A stretch of DNA of 64,000 nucleotides from Felis catus (GCF_018350175.1 NC_058368.1:119724001-119788000); one strand, 5' to 3'. Positions 13,435 through 27,820 are shown, numbered from the stretch's first letter. Notes: generated from the sequence alone by a model not told the origin. Program-made: numbers and translations.

Positions 13435-14000
13435 TATCCATTTACTTATTTAATAAGTAATTACTGAGTAATGGGCCTGGCACTGTGCTGGATGCTGGGG
13501 ATTGCAGAGCAAATATGCACACAATCTTTGTCCTTGAGGAGCTTACAGTCTACTGTGGGAGATACAAATTAATCAGAGAATCAAACTAATAAATGTGAAG
13601 TCATGCTGAGATGGATACCTTGAAGGAAGGACTTTAAGAGTATATATGAAGGGATGGAGGGTGTGACCTGGTCAGGGAGATTTGGGAAAATGTCCTTAAG
13701 CAAGTGCTGGTTACTGTGAGACTTACTGTCTAGGGGTTGGCCAGATGCAGGGAGGATATAAGAATATTCCAGGTCAGGGAACTACCGTCTGTGAAAGTCC
13801 TAAGGGGAGAAGAAGACTGACCTGCTCAAAAACAGTAAAGAAATACAGAATGTCTGGAAGACAGGGGCAACGAGGAAGTGGGACATCAGGTAGGGTTGTG
13901 AACCATGCAGGGTTCAGATCCTGCGGGGCTTTGTGGCCATGCTGAGTATCCTGTTCTTCATCGCAAGGACAATGGGGGAAGCCACTGAAGTCTGCAGGGG
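13435..14000 (-). mobile_element. L2 fragment
   Basis: 'ctggcactgtgctggatgctgggga...gaggagcttacagtctactg...aagccactgaag'. Confidence 0.85.
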
Positions 14001-14719
14001 AATGAAATTATGAGGCTGCTGTATCTCAGACATCAGGTGACATTTGGGCAGAGAGATGGTCTTCAGCTGTTTGAGTCCTCCATTATCTACCATTATGTTC
14101 ACAGAGAAGAGTAATTTAATGTGAATTCTTCAATATACAGCAGGATCTGGAAGTTTATGCCCAAGAGTGCATTACTGAAAAGACACTGACTGTATGTAAT
14201 TCTAGGTGGCATTAAAAAATCATCAGAATATTCCATTTGCTCAATGAATAAATGGTAGCTATTTTGCAGAAGTCATTAAAAGAAAAACAAGCCAAATTTG
14301 GCATTGAGTTACATCCACTAAACATTCATTTAAAGAGCAAAATATTGAGAACATTCAAACAATCAAATTCTTACTTCAAAATGTTTAAAATATAATGGAA
14401 TAAAATGGATAGTATGGAACTTTGATGGTGTATGATTTTTTAATTAAAGTTTTAAATATTTGGTTTGTGTTAACTTAGGAGGAATTGTATGTAGGCTATT
14501 GTCTATGCTATCTCCGTATCCTGTGAAATAAAACAAATGAAATCACTAAATGATAATTGTACATTGACCAGGTACCATCATAGTGCCCTACTGCATACTG
14601 ATTTTCTTTTTGTTTTCCTAATTACTACTCCTTTTCTCTCACTTTGATTTCTGTATTATTTTCCCAACCTCATATCACTTTGTTTATTGAGCCTCCTCTG
14701 GCCATGGGGAAGATATATT

Positions 14720-14920
14720 AGGAACAGCATGAACTCTGGAGTTAGTTATATATACCTGGCTCTCAGCAACACCAGATGTCAACAATGTGATCTTGAGCAA
14801 ATCATTGAACTTTCTACAGTTCAGTTTTCTTTTACACTAAATTTGAAATAATGCTGACTATCTTACTGGGATACTATGATAATTAAATTAGGTAATTATG
14901 TAAAATGCTTATCATAGTTT
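14720..14920 (+). mobile_element. MIR
   Basis: 'gcatgaactctggagttag...tgtgatcttgagcaaatcattgaac'. Confidence 0.75.
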
Positions 14921-15435
14921 CTGTGAGTTTCCAAAGGTGACTGCAACAATATCTCCCAGCTTCTCTGATATCAGGAGGTGAGGTTTATGTCCTCTCTGTG
15001 GCTTGTGATTGCTTTGGCTGCAGAATATGGTGGAAATGATATTTTGTGACTTCCAAGGCCAGGTCACGAAAGGCACTGCACCGTCTGCCTTGTATGCTGG
15101 GATACCGCCTCTTGGAGCACTGAGTTACCATGGAAAAAGCCTGATCACGCTTAGAAGTCCAGGCACATGGTTAGACCACAAGTAGGTGCATGGTCAAAAG
15201 CTCCAGTTGAGGTTCCAGCCAATAGCCAGCATTGGCTGCCAGTTGTATGAATAAAGGCACCTTCACTTGATTTCAGTTGCCAGCAATCAAGTCTTCTTAG
15301 CTGAGGCTCCAGCCATCATGAAGCACACAAAACCTTTCCCACTATGCCATCTGAATTAACTTACAGAATCTATGAATATGATAAATGGTAGTTTTAAGCT
15401 ACTTGTGGAATAGTTAGTAATAGTAACTGCAACAG
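14921..15435 (+). mobile_element. MLT1-type MaLR solo LTR
   Basis: 'cagaatatggtggaaatgat...gacttccaaggccaggtcacgaaagg...cagccaatagccagca...ttttaagctac...tagtaactgcaaca'. Confidence 0.8.
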
Positions 15436-15799
15436 TCTTCAATAAATTCTAGCATTATCATCATTGTGGTTAATGTTATTACCTCCTTCAGAGGGTTATT
15501 TATATATAGTACATTACAAACCAATGAAAACAAACCAATCTTACTGATCATAAAGTCTGGAAGATGCTGTAGAACACGCCTATTTCTTTACCAAGTCAGT
15601 GTTGTGGTAAATGGGCATCCAACAGTGCCTTCTCTCTCAGGCCTTCCTAACACTTCTCTAATTTTCCTGACATCTTTTTTGCCCACTGCGCCTCCCCCAG
15701 TCCACCCAGGGTTCCAGCTTTGGTCTGGAGAATGGTGCCTGGGCGATTTCCATGCTCAGTGACACTGACCTGTGGAGGAGGCTTGTGAATTTCAGGTTC

Positions 15800-16700
15800 T
15801 TCATTTGATTAATAAATATTTATTGAGCTCCTGTTATGTGGTATTGGGAACACAGCAATGAATAAACAGACCAACAATCTTGCTCTTACAGACCTTATAT
15901 TCTAGTTTGGAGTAGTATATTCTAGTTTGGCCCAGAAAAATAACTGAAATCTATGGTATGGTAGATGTGGGTAAGTACTATGGAAAAGCATAAAGCCAAG
16001 AAGGGAAAAAGGGAGTGTTGGGGACAGTGGTGCCATTTTAGAGAGTGGGATTGAGGATGGCCTTATTGAGAAGATGGAATTTCAGTAAAATCCTGAAACA
16101 GGCAAATGAGAAAGCCTCATGGATATCTATAGAATGCATTTTATACAGAAGGCCCAGGAAGAGCCAAGACCTGAGGTAGAGGAGGCATAAGTGTTCAAGG
16201 AGCAGCAAGAAGGCCAGTGTGGCTGAAGCTGAGTCAACAGGAACTTGGCATGAAAGGCCGACAGAGAAGCAAGTAGGCTACATGGGGTCAAGTCTTACAT
16301 GACATTGTGAGGACCTTGATTTTGACTCTGAGATGAGAGAGCAAATGGAAGGTTTTGGACAGAGAAATAATATCATCAGACTCTTTCTGACAGCTGTGTT
16401 GAAAATAGCCTGCAGAAAGACAAGGTCGAAAGCAGGGAGACCAGCTAGGAGGCCATTGCAGTCATCTGGGCAGAGCCAAGTGTGACTTGGACCATGGTAC
16501 TTCCAATGAAGAAGGTGAGGAATAGCCTCTGGCTTTGCTGATGGATTAGATGAGTCAAAGATGCATTCATGGTTTTTGTTCCAAAGATGGAAGCATTTAA
16601 TGACCATTTCTGAAAGAGGGAAGAAATGGAGAGAAATCCTACTGGAAAGAAATCTCAATTATAGCATGTTGAGACTGAGATGTTGATCAACCTCCACAGT
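15800..16700 (-). mobile_element. L2 fragment
   Basis: 'aataaatatttattgagctcctgttatgtg...gtgttcaaggagcagcaagaaggccagtgtggctg'. Confidence 0.88.
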
Positions 16701-16789
16701 GGAAGAATCTTTTTAAAGCCAAATATTGGCTGCCTCTCTGAACAAAAACACTCAGTGTTACAATGTTAACAGACTCTACCTCTTTACTT

Positions 16790-17330
16790 GATCTTATCAA
16801 AGATCTCGACCATGCAAATCATTTTAAGTCATTGTCCTGCTTAAAACTATCTAATGGCTTCTCAGTGAATTTAGGATAAAATCTAATTCTTTGCCACACT
16901 CTCCAAGGCCCTTCCTACACGTATTACCTGTCCAACTTGTCTGGTAAACCCTCTTCTTCATTCATTATACTACTACTGCAGGGGCCTTGATTCTGTCGCT
17001 TAAACATGCCAAGATAATTCAGTCTTAGGGATTTGCAGTTGTTATTCTCTCTTTCTGGAATATTGCTCTCACTTTTTCTTTTTCTTCTGTACCAAAGACT
17101 CTTTGTGATCATTCGGATTGCAGACTATGTGTCTCCTCCTCAAAAATTCTTTTGTAATCATCTCCATAGTGCTTCTCATCCTCAGAAATTATTCATTTAT
17201 ATATTTGCACATTCTTTGATTGCCTGCTCCCTTGAAGGTATCTTATCTGATGAGTTTGCCACTGTATTCCCAGCACCTGATAAAATGTCTGGCACATATT
17301 AGGCACTCAGTAAATGTCAGTTAAGTGAAT
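16790..17330 (+). mobile_element. L2 3' end
   Basis: Ends 'tgtctggcacatattaggcactcagtaaatgtcagttaagtgaat'. Confidence 0.85.
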
Positions 17331-18330
17331 AGAGGTAGGAAGAAAAGGAGGTAGAGAGAAAAACTCTATTCTTGCTTATAATCAAATAGAAAATATGTAT
17401 CACATATGGTCTTTATGTTAGCTATAATTTTTGCCTCCCTCCATTGATTAATGCATTTTATGTTGTAGACCCTATATATTGCAAAGTATTTCATGTGGGT
17501 TTTTGTATTAACAATACCAAGTCAATAGTCAGGCCATCTCCAATTTACATATGAAAATGAGGCTCAAGGGACCAGCTTGCTCTGCTTTTAAGGGACAGTC
17601 TGACCTGACCTTGAATCCAGGTCTCTTGACTTTGAGTCCTGTATTCTTTCCATACACCTTGCTAGTTCTCGAGAATACTGGGGGCACTGATATTGTCACA
17701 AGAAGCAGCGTGTAACCAAATGGGTCAGATAAAATTAGAAGTGGTCTCAAATTTTGCTGACTCGAGTCTTTGCCCATTTTAGAACCAAAATCAGATTTAT
17801 TAATATCTTCTGGCCCTGGAATTTTTAAATAACTTTCTTTAATTTACATACCTATTTCTCAGACTGCTGGGAATCTAACTGGGAATACAAAAACTGCCCA
17901 GGAAACGTGCTCCTTTCAAAATTTTTACCTGATTTTACAGTCTCTGCAGGCTTTGTAATCTCTGAGAAGCCTGAATTAACGGCTTCACAAACCATATGTT
18001 CACAAACTACAACTTTGTACAGCATTCAGAGCAAGGTGAGGGGTTGTGAATTGCTTCAACCTGGGGATATTTCTGGCAGGGCCTTATGAAGAGGATCCAC
18101 TGCATACTGGCGCTTTCTGCAGTATTCTGCTCCATGTCAGGGGACCTAGGGGCAAAAATAATGCCCAGTGAACATATGTGATGCTTCAAGGAGCACAGGA
18201 GGCATATTTTTCCCAGGGATTCAATAGCCCAGGAGTCACAAAGTTGCCACTTTTATTTGGAATTCTTTGCCTTTACTTAATTCACTTCCTTACTTTCCCT
18301 CCACTTATCACTTATTGCGCTCAGAATTCC

Positions 18331-18368
18331 GTGTGTGTGTGTGTGTGTGTGTGCATGTGTGTGCGTGT
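18331..18368. repeat. (GT)n microsatellite
   Basis: Read directly from the sequence. Confidence 0.95.
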
Positions 18369-18504
18369 ATTTGGGGGCAGGGGAGGGGTTGGAGATGCAA
18401 AATCTAGCCTTTGTTCCAAGAGGCATGCAGTTTAGTAGGGAGATATAAAACTTACTCTCAAACAACTATAATGCAAATTAGAATTTGGAATAGATGCAGC
18501 CTAG

Positions 18505-18745
18505 ATTGCTTGGTTACAAGCTTGCTCATTAGAGTCAGACAGTCTTGGAGTTCTGCTGTTTATTAGTTGGGTTGATTTGGATAAGATGCTTTAACTTCCC
18601 TAAGGCCTGGCTTCCTCTTCTATAACATCAAGGTAGCAATTCTGACATGTAGTATTACATATAAGTGAATTCGTTATATGTTTGTGTAAAATGGATTAAA
18701 CGCAGTTCTTGACAAATAGTAATTGATCAATCATTGTTAGCCTTT
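18505..18745 (+). mobile_element. MIR
   Basis: 'tggttacaagc...agagtcagacag...ttcctcttctataa'. Confidence 0.65.
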
Positions 18746-19034
18746 ATAATTATTATATATCTGTATATGTTTTAAAATGGTTACAATTCTCCCTCTGCCC
18801 TTAATAAGTGACTGCACTTTAACTCAAGGAAATACCATCAGTAAAGTAATGGAATAAGAAAGTTCAGGATGTCTGGGGAAATGGCCAGTCCTAATCTGGC
18901 CAGAGTCTGACTCTGTGTGGAGAAGTCTTAAAATACAAGAGATAAATCTTGAAGGGTCAATTAGGTAAGGCTTGAAGAGTTTTGAGTGACAAACTAAAAA
19001 AATCTATATTTAAACCAATGTATGTGGTCAGGTA

Positions 19035-19275
19035 GTAAAGGATGCTGTTGAAAAGGGAGTTCTGGAGCCCAACCACCTGGAAGGCTTTACACCCAGGCTC
19101 CACCGATGACTACTGCAGGACATTGGGCAAATTAGATAATCTCTCTCTTCCTTAGTTTCTTGACTTGTATAATATCACCAACATCATGGGCTTATGGTGA
19201 GCATTATGAAATAGGACGTATTTATTACATCGCTGAGAGCCTGGGAAAACACTAAATAAAAGGTTATTATTGTTA
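19035..19275 (+). mobile_element. MIR
   Basis: 'ttctggagcccaaccacctgg...ttgggcaaattagataatctctct..ccttagtttc'. Confidence 0.7.
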
Positions 19276-21062
19276 TTATTTGCATATAACTGAGTAATTG
19301 ATTTTCAAGTAGCAGAAGCAAAAGACAACACTTTCAGCATTGTTTTACAGATAGACTGGGCACGGTGATCCATTTTGAGTGAGACAGCCATAAAATGTGA
19401 CATTGTAAACATCTTCTCCAATCCCTAAACATTTGGTTTTTCTCCAAGTTTCCTGACCATTATTAATTCAGTCAACTTCTAACTGGAGGTAACTTTAAGA
19501 ATTTCTATGCCAGGTGGCATGTGCAGATACGATTTACATGTACAGGCATGCCACTGACAGCTTGTGGTTTGTGATATATCAATATAGTGCATGAGTAAAT
19601 CTATTCCTAAAAGTAGAAGGTATGTAACTTTTTGTACATTGAATAATTTAAGCAAAAAAGAGGTCTTTCTTTAGAAAAATGTGGTCATTCATTTATTTTT
19701 AAAATGTATGAGAGACCACCACCCCATTTATCATCTTTTTAAATCCAAGCATTCACTTGTTTGGGTGAACAAAAGTCTGCATAAACAATATCTACCAAAA
19801 AGCACTATGGGGAGGGCTACCAAAAGATAAATCCAAGTGAATCTTGATTTTTTTTCTTTACTGCCTTTTCAGAAAATCTATAAATATTTCAACCTGTCAT
19901 TATTAATTTTCAGTGTGTCCGTTTTCTCTAGGTACAAACTTTGGACAGGTGGTCTTAATGCTTTTTTTGAAAACTCAAAGTAGGTGGATACTAAATTGGA
20001 ATGTCACGTCCCTAGAAAAAGTCAAAGAGCCAAAGTATTCCCCTTTGATTAATATAGGCTAGGGTGACAATGACACCTATAGCCTCACTGGTGAGATTTT
20101 CTCAGCTTTCTCAGTGTAGTTCAACCAGATAACAAAGAATCAATCCACTGAATTCTTTGGATTTCAGGGCAATAAGGAGGCTCATGTCAAAAAACCTTAC
20201 TGGAAGATTTTGCTGGAAAAGACATGCAACTACATGATACTACATTAGGCAAGTTTCGGAACAGAGGATGAGAATCAGAGAAGTTTCATCCATCTCTATC
20301 CCTAACTCAGGTGTTACAGCATGGCTGTCACGGCCTAAGCAGCTTCTTTTTCTCACCTTGTGTTGTCTTGGTTTTCTTCTACCCCCACCCACCTCCACCT
20401 TTTCCTTCCTCACTATGAGGCAATGTCTCTAATATTAGGAATTAATTTTGCCAATAACCAATAGGAACCCAACAGGTCATTTCTGTGAACTACTGTTTCA
20501 AGCCAGACCTACCATTTCTGGTTCTCTTAATGAAAAGGGTAAAGTGTTATAATTTAGATGTATCCTTTGGCAAGGGATCACCAGCTACAGGCCAGATATT
20601 GTAAGCTTGAAGATCCATGGTCATCTTGCCGTGTGCCACACCAAACTCCTTTTCATTGTCATCTTTATCCCTAAGCCAGCATGTTTTCTCCTCCTATCCC
20701 ACTACTTACAGGTACATCCAGATCTACCAGTGTCACATATTTATATAATGTATAATTATATATTACAGATATCCTATGTATCACTCCTCTTCTAGCCACA
20801 TAATATTGGGATTTGGGTATCACTACACGTTTTTTTATGGTAATCCTCAAACACCTGTGAAAATAGTGAGAGTAGTGTAATGAACCCCGTATCAGGGACT
20901 ATGATACTTCATGTGTTCTTGTATCTTTGTGAGGTCTAGAATTATGACTAGCACAAAGCAGGTGCTTTATACAAGTTTGGTCATCAAGCTGATTGCCTAC
21001 TTATTAAATGTAGTTCCTTCTTAAAAAATAGGGAACAACTTTATATAATTTCATTCCTTGGG

Positions 21063-21083
21063 CCCCCCCCCCCCCCCCCCCCC
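21063..21083. repeat. Poly(C) run, 21 nt
   Basis: Read directly from the sequence. Confidence 0.95.
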
Positions 21084-21126
21084 GTTCAAAAGTGCAAACC
21101 TGTGACTATACAAAATAACAGAATTA

Positions 21127-21299
21127 GGGGCACCTGGGTGGTTCAGCCGGTTAAGTGTCCTACTCTTGATTTCAGCTCAGGTCATGATATCATGGTCATG
21201 AGATAGAGCCCTGCATCCGGCTCTGTGCTGGGTGTAGGGCCTGCTTAAGATTCTCTCTCCCTTTCCGTATGCCCCTCCCCTTCTCCCCTCAAAAAAAAA
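21127..21299 (+). mobile_element. Can-SINE (short, older type)
   Basis: ggggcacctgggtggttcag head, CT tract, A tail. Confidence 0.93.
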
Positions 21300-21372
21300 T
21301 AGAATCAGCTTTTTTTCCATTTTTTTATTTTTTTAAAAAAAGACCATTTGGGCAGCTCTCTATAGTTTTTAA

Positions 21373-21606
21373 TTTTTTAAATTTTATTAATTTTTAAAAA
21401 ATGTTTATTTATTTTTGAGAGAGAGAGACAGAGACAAGGTGTGAGCTGGGAAGGGCCAGAGAGAGAGGGAGATGCAGAATTCGAAGCAGGATCCAGGCTC
21501 TGAGCTGTCAGCACAAAGCCCAATGCAGGGCTCAGACTCACTAACTGTGAGATCATGACCTTAACTGAAGTCAGATGCTTAACCAACTGAGCCAACTGGA
21601 TACCCC
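21373..21606 (-). mobile_element. Can-SINE
   Basis: Reverse SINE; TSD tct(a/g)tagtttttaa on both sides. Confidence 0.93.
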
Positions 21607-24600
21607 TTTCTGTAGTTTTTAAAAGATGTTATGCTTGTTGACAGGAGAGGGATTTATAACAGGCTTTTTCTTTTACTGAAAAAAGTGTCTTTTATTACAA
21701 ATTGAGATAGCAGCTATTTGAAAGTACTTGACCCAGAGAGATTAAATGCCTCTCGAAGGGAAAATAATACGTACACCAAGACCAAATCCAATGCTAATGA
21801 AACCTGGAAGTTTGTTTTATATTTGGAACTTTACAAAAGAGTTTTTTTAAATATAAAAGTCCTGGGTTTTCTTTTTTTTTCCAGGAATTAAAAAAAAGGA
21901 TTGTTGTCTGCTATGTCTCTACTAAATCTCCATCACATTAATTCCCATGTGGGACTTGAGGAAGAAGTAGGAAGCTGATTATAGGCATCTCTAGGGTCAC
22001 AACACATTGTCTACTGACCAGTGTATCTAAGCCTGTGTAGGTCTCTGGAGAAAACCAATCTGGTTGGCGAAAGCATATTCCACCATATTATCTGGAAAAC
22101 ACTTCCCTGGAGATTGAGACTAAGCTGGCAACCCAACCAGAACACCTTCTTCTTTCTATTTGAGGGTATTAACTCTCACCCCAACTAATTTCTGATAATT
22201 GAGAGAAGAGGCCAAATTGCCTCTGACTTTGGAAAAAATGTAGTTCCTGGGGCTCAAAGTGATTTTAATTCTATAATCACTTGATTTTGCTTCAGACAAT
22301 TGGTGGGCATATAAAACTACAAACATTCGGCAAAGAGGAAATCTTAATCCATAGGATTTTGAGCAAATGAAAACCTTAGAGAATGGCTCACTCTTGTACA
22401 GATGATAAAATGGGGATTTGGAGAAATTAAATGACTTGGTAAGGTCATCCAGATATTTACTGGCAGAATTGGATCTCTAAAAGTAGGTTGCTGGATCATA
22501 TATAATTATCCTGCGAGATATTAATACTGTAAATGCCAGGCTCATATTGCATCCATTTTTTGTTCCCACAAATTTTACTGGGATGCTTTTAAGCCTCCAT
22601 TGGATAAAATATGACTGTGACCATTATGTTGCTATTACCTGGGTTTGAACCCGGGGCATTTAAGATCTAGATTCCTCCTTTTTAAAACTCCAACTCTATT
22701 CTTCACTGATCAGAAATCACCTGTGGGAAGAGGTAACAGCATCATTTGAAAAAAAAAAGTACAATGATCGCTCTTTGCAGGAATACAAACATCACATTCT
22801 ACATTCTATTCCTATCGTTTGCAGTGTAAAACCAAAGAAACTCTTCAATTATTCTAAACACTGTGACCTCAGCCAAAACAATTGACTGCTGTAGGCCTCT
22901 TTTTGAAAACAAAACAAAACAAAACAAATAAATCAAGGAGATTGCAAAGTCTAGTCCTGAGAGAAAGGCTGTTAGAACATCTGTTTGAGGTGAACCTGTT
23001 TGGGGTCCTGCAAACAGACTCATCCCAAGGTTAGCTTATAGGAACAGAGAATAAATTTGCGTCCACAAGTTTATTATTTCCTGTGCTGCATCAGGAAGAA
23101 CACGACCAGGGAAGACTACCAGCTGAGACACCCAGAAAATCCCCCAGGGGTCTTTTAATAGTGATAATCTGTCTGCCTTACTTTCCCCGAGGCTGGATGG
23201 AGAGGAGTGCTTTGCAACAACACTTCGAAAGCAACAAGAAGTCCTAAAAGGTCTAGGGATCGTAAGTGGCAGTTTGGGGGCCATTGATCATGTTGCTAGA
23301 GGAAATTCCTTGTTTACAAGAAATTTTAGGATTTTCATACTATTGCATATGATGAATATGAGCCATCAGTGAGATTATATATATATATTAAGTACAGTAG
23401 AGGCTTGGGATAATAAGTGTGATCAACATCTTCCCTCAGAACCTGAAAAGGTGGTTATTAATATCTTATCTTAAACTAAGTTATTAATAATCCTTTTGAG
23501 TGGGGAGTAGTGATAAATCAGAATATGCAAGGAGGATAGTGTGGCAAAAATGCTGCCTTTTGTAGGTAATGGGTAAGTTATGATTACTAATTTTGTATTT
23601 CATTCTTCACTCTATAGTTGAGTTATTTATACATGTATCTGCATCCCTACCAAATCGTAAGTTCTTAGAGGGCAGGGATGTGTGTATCATTTCCCCTGAT
23701 ATTACCCAAAGCACAATATTGAACAATCAAATTCAAGGAATCGTTTTTATTCTAAAACGCTCCTGCCACCACCACTCACAATAGAGCCAGAATTTCATAG
23801 AACTGTAAGATAAATGTTCATGAATTGTGAGACTAATTGCTTTTTCGCTGCAAGGTAGGACCTATTTAATTGAGGACTCCTATAGCTAGTGAACAGCTAG
23901 CACAAACATGTTGGTTTCAACCTTGCAAATGCTAAAGTAATTTCAGACAACCATTTCTTTTCTTTTAACACATGGAGTAAGTCGGCAAAGGTTTAGGCAC
24001 AGTTTTTTATTAGGCTCTTGGGAGTTGGCTTGTCTCAGTGAGTGGTGTGCTGTTTGGGACTGACTTCACCTGGACGACACAGCATCATCTATCAGCCCCA
24101 CCAAGCTGGAAGAGCTCTGTGAGACCTAGATTGCCTGCAGCTGCTTAGATAATCTATAACCATATTTCCCCCCTAACTATAGGTCCATCCTTCTTAATTC
24201 ATGAGTTATACTCCCATGTTTCAATTTCACCAACATTTATACCAAGACTAGTCACTGGTGCATCAAATGTACACAGAATATATTCTATGTGCAAGAACAT
24301 ACAATGGTACATCCCGGAATGCTAAAATGAGTAAGATTGAAACATAAAAGCCAATGATATGGGAGTAACTGCTCTGTGAAGACAGTGTCCTACGGACACC
24401 AAACCTTCAGTATATACCTGGGCATGGTAGTTCCCGCCCTCGAAAACAAACAAACAAACAAAAACAAAAAACAAATTATAAATGAGTGGATAGGTATCCT
24501 GGTTTGATCATAGGTATTTATCATGTTATTTACATTTTAGTCATTAGAAAAATATAGAGAGAACACTTGAAATATACCCTAAAAGTAAATTTATAAAAGA

Positions 24601-24919
24601 TGCTAACGGCCCTTGTACACAAGGATTTTTCATTCAACTGAGGAGACAATAGGTATTGTTTAGTGTATAACTAGTGGGCAGTGTGATTAAAACATTAAGC
24701 AGCACAAGAGATAACTCATGGTTATATACGGTCGCCATGAAATTAAAATAGACCTTACATGCAATGCGAACAAATTTCAAAGGAAACAGCAATCACAATT
24801 GCTGCTACAAGTCCCTGTGTTCTTCATTCACGGACACACAGACTTCCATTCAAAAGGAGGGAAATAAGAAAAATACTCCTGTTTCTTTAATTCTTACTAC
24901 TTTTTAGACTTTGTACTGC

Positions 24920-25115
24920 TATAAGCCTATTTATACCTGATCTTATTTCGCCTGCACAATTATATGAATTTCGCGCTATTACACCCATTTTAGAGAAGAG
25001 GAAATGGAAATAAGATTTAGTCATTAACCTACAGAGATATGGCTCTAAGTCAGTGGGGAAGCTGGACTCAAATCCAAGTCTCTGTCTCAAAGCCCCACTC
25101 TTTTACCATGCCACA
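24920..25115 (-). mobile_element. MIR
   Basis: 'attacacccattttagagaagaggaaatgg...ggactcaaatccaagtctc..caaagccc'. Confidence 0.75.
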
Positions 25116-26442
25116 CCCCTATCTGAAAACCTTGGGCGAAACTTTGAAGTAGGTACTAAGCAATCATCGTGGGAATAGCCAATGGGTCAGCAGATTAGAC
25201 ATGAGCATAGATGCTGCCTGATGAGTATCAAATTGAGATGCTCTTCCAAACAAATGGTATATTTTATTTCATTTTCTATAGTTCCTGCAGGATTTTGATG
25301 TCATTTCTAAATGTAGGGGATTTGGAGACAACTTACAGAACCAGTAGTTGGATACAAAGATGTGCCCATTTGCAGACCTTGTAACTAGCCCTCTCTATAT
25401 GCCCCAAACCTGTGTGTTTGCACTGTGCTCAGATTAGTGACTGAAAATTGGGTATTCCCATTTGTTTTAGTTCATCCTTTAAAGAATGCCTTCCCTTGCA
25501 GAGAAGGCTGTATTTTCTTAGCTTTTATTCTCCTGTAACATGCTTTGCACTCAGTGGGTGCTCAATAAATACTTGATGTTGGCTGAATAGGTGATAGTGG
25601 TGACACCCTGAGTTGCTTTCTTTTAAGTCAAGATAATCAAGTTCTTTGCCAATCAAACAGAACAAATTAGGTGTCATGTCAAAAGCTGGAGAAAACCCTG
25701 CAGTCATCAAAAAGTCACTTATCTTGAAATACCAAACATTTTCTTTATAGTATCTCAGTCTCTGTTTAGGATGCATTGCCCACAGGAATTTAGTAGTTCA
25801 GTTGTTTTCTATCATGTCATAATGTTCAATACTGTACTGCCAGGTGATGAATTAGAGGGTGGGACAGGAGTTTACAAATCAGTCCCTAGGGACTTGGCAT
25901 TCCATCTTCCCAGACAGCATGAAGTGATAGGCATCTGTTAAGATAACTAGTTCAAAAGCCGAGAAAAACTTTGGCACACAAGGGAGAAATATGACCTAGG
26001 GCACCCAGTAGATTGGCCCCACTCCATTCCCACAGTCCACGTATGAGGAGACAAGAAGAAGTCCCGAACCCTAAGGCTGGCTGTGTGTAGCCTCTCCTGT
26101 GGCTCCATATGCAGTATTCACATAACCAGAATCATGGATATAGTCTAGTATGCACCCAGTAATGAGCTGGTGGGTGATCGCTGACAGTGTGCAGGACTTG
26201 ACCTGGAAAGAACTCTGTTATGTGTGGCCTCTTGGCAGCTAGAAGGGGACCAACTATCTTCTGATGAAATGAGATTTCAAAGGTGAAGGAGTTAAAGAAA
26301 ATCTCAAAGAGATATGATGAACAGAAAAAGAACGTCAAGACCTGCAGCCTCTTCAAGGAGCAGTTCCAAGGACAAGAATTTTGTCTGAACCCATCAAAAA
26401 GGCCAAGGAACTCAGTTTTCAGGGAGAGCAAGGTGCAGTAAG

Positions 26443-26444
<2 letters not shown>

Positions 26445-26483
<39 letters not shown>
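26445..26483. repeat. Poly(A) run, 39 nt
   Basis: Read directly from the sequence. Confidence 0.97.
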
Positions 26484-26486
<3 letters not shown>

Positions 26487-27755
26487 TTCCTACTCCTGAG
26501 AGCAAGTAATAAAATTAATTAATGCCAACCTCCCTCCCAAAGAAAACACAATTATAAGGTCAAGAAAAACATAAAGAAAGCTATATGGTCATTTGGGCAA
26601 AGATCACAAGTATATAATCAGTGTAGCATGTTGGAAAAGGTGGTTGCGTTTTTTTTTTTTTTTAAGCTTTTTTAAAGCTGTTGCCTTGACAGTTTTACAA
26701 TTAATGTCTTATCTTTGAATCTGTGTTTGCCTTGCTGAAAGAGATCATTATCCTGAGAAAATGTTCTATTCTATTGGAATTATTTCTTAAGTAACTATTA
26801 ATACCATTCTTATAAATGGATATAATTAACTCATAGACTGGCAGCTTTCTTTGAAATTCTCTTTTCTCCTTCCTGAGCTTATTCTAATCTCTGACTGTAA
26901 CTTGTAAACATCTGTCTAGAATTGATGAAATGACCTCATTTGGGTCCCAATCAGCTCAGCAGCAGAGACTGTCATGCTTAGGAACTGAATGCCACTGATG
27001 TAGGGTAAAAATTAACAACCTAAAGTAAGTGTGGTAGAGGGAAAACCTCACAGGCAAATCCCTCTAAATATTCCCTTTATACAGAGTTGGGACTTAAGGA
27101 GAAAAACGTTAAAAGAAATGATTGCTAGAGTAATAACTTATACAAGTGATTAAAACACTCAATGTACTGAAAAGAGAGTGTTTTCTTAGAAGATTAATTT
27201 GAAAAATAATGTGCCAGAGGCTCCCCTTAAGCGTCCTGAAGTCTTCCTACTCCTGTCTGCTTCTACAAAAGGGTAGAGTTTGACCCAGCGTATTACCTCA
27301 CTCTCTGTGCCTCTCTACAGAAGTTATTTCATCCAGAGATTTCAAAGTGTCTTTACAAATGTAAATTAACAAGCCTCATCACTTCTCTCCATAGAGATGG
27401 TTCATTTAAGTAACACAGAAATTTACCAAAATGGCTTACTCAAGGTCACTTGAGAAATCCTTTGTGTAATCTGGAAATGGATATTCAAAGTGTAAAAATA
27501 CCTTGCAGCCTCATTGCAGATCCAGACTTCTGTATCTCTTGGCAAGTACCACTGGAGGGTTGAATAATCTTCCTTTATCTTTACAGTGAGGCTCCAATCA
27601 CTTGGTCTTTTCTCAACCTCACGAGGCTCTCACAAACCTGGAAATCCAGAGGTCAGCCATTCTCTTTCTTATCTATTCCCAAAGCTAAGTGAGGAGAGAA
27701 TATGACTATTTTTTAAAGATTTTTATGAATTATTTTGATTAAATAAGTACTTGAC

Positions 27756-27770
27756 TATATATATTTATAT

Positions 27771-27820
<50 letters not shown>
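27756..27820. repeat. (TA)n followed by poly(T)
   Basis: Read directly from the sequence. Confidence 0.95.

Noticed and set aside
15896..15930. Short direct duplications (also at 2964-2986, 33468-33489, 36926-36953 and 44568-44617)
   Set aside because: Ordinary slippage micro-duplications with no sign of function
24015..24115. Possible pre-miRNA hairpin
   Set aside because: Only short discontinuous pairings and no recognisable mature sequence
26260..26483. Possible processed pseudogene ending in a 39-nt poly(A)
   Set aside because: No AATAAA before the run, no TSD, and the short open frame matches nothing I recognise
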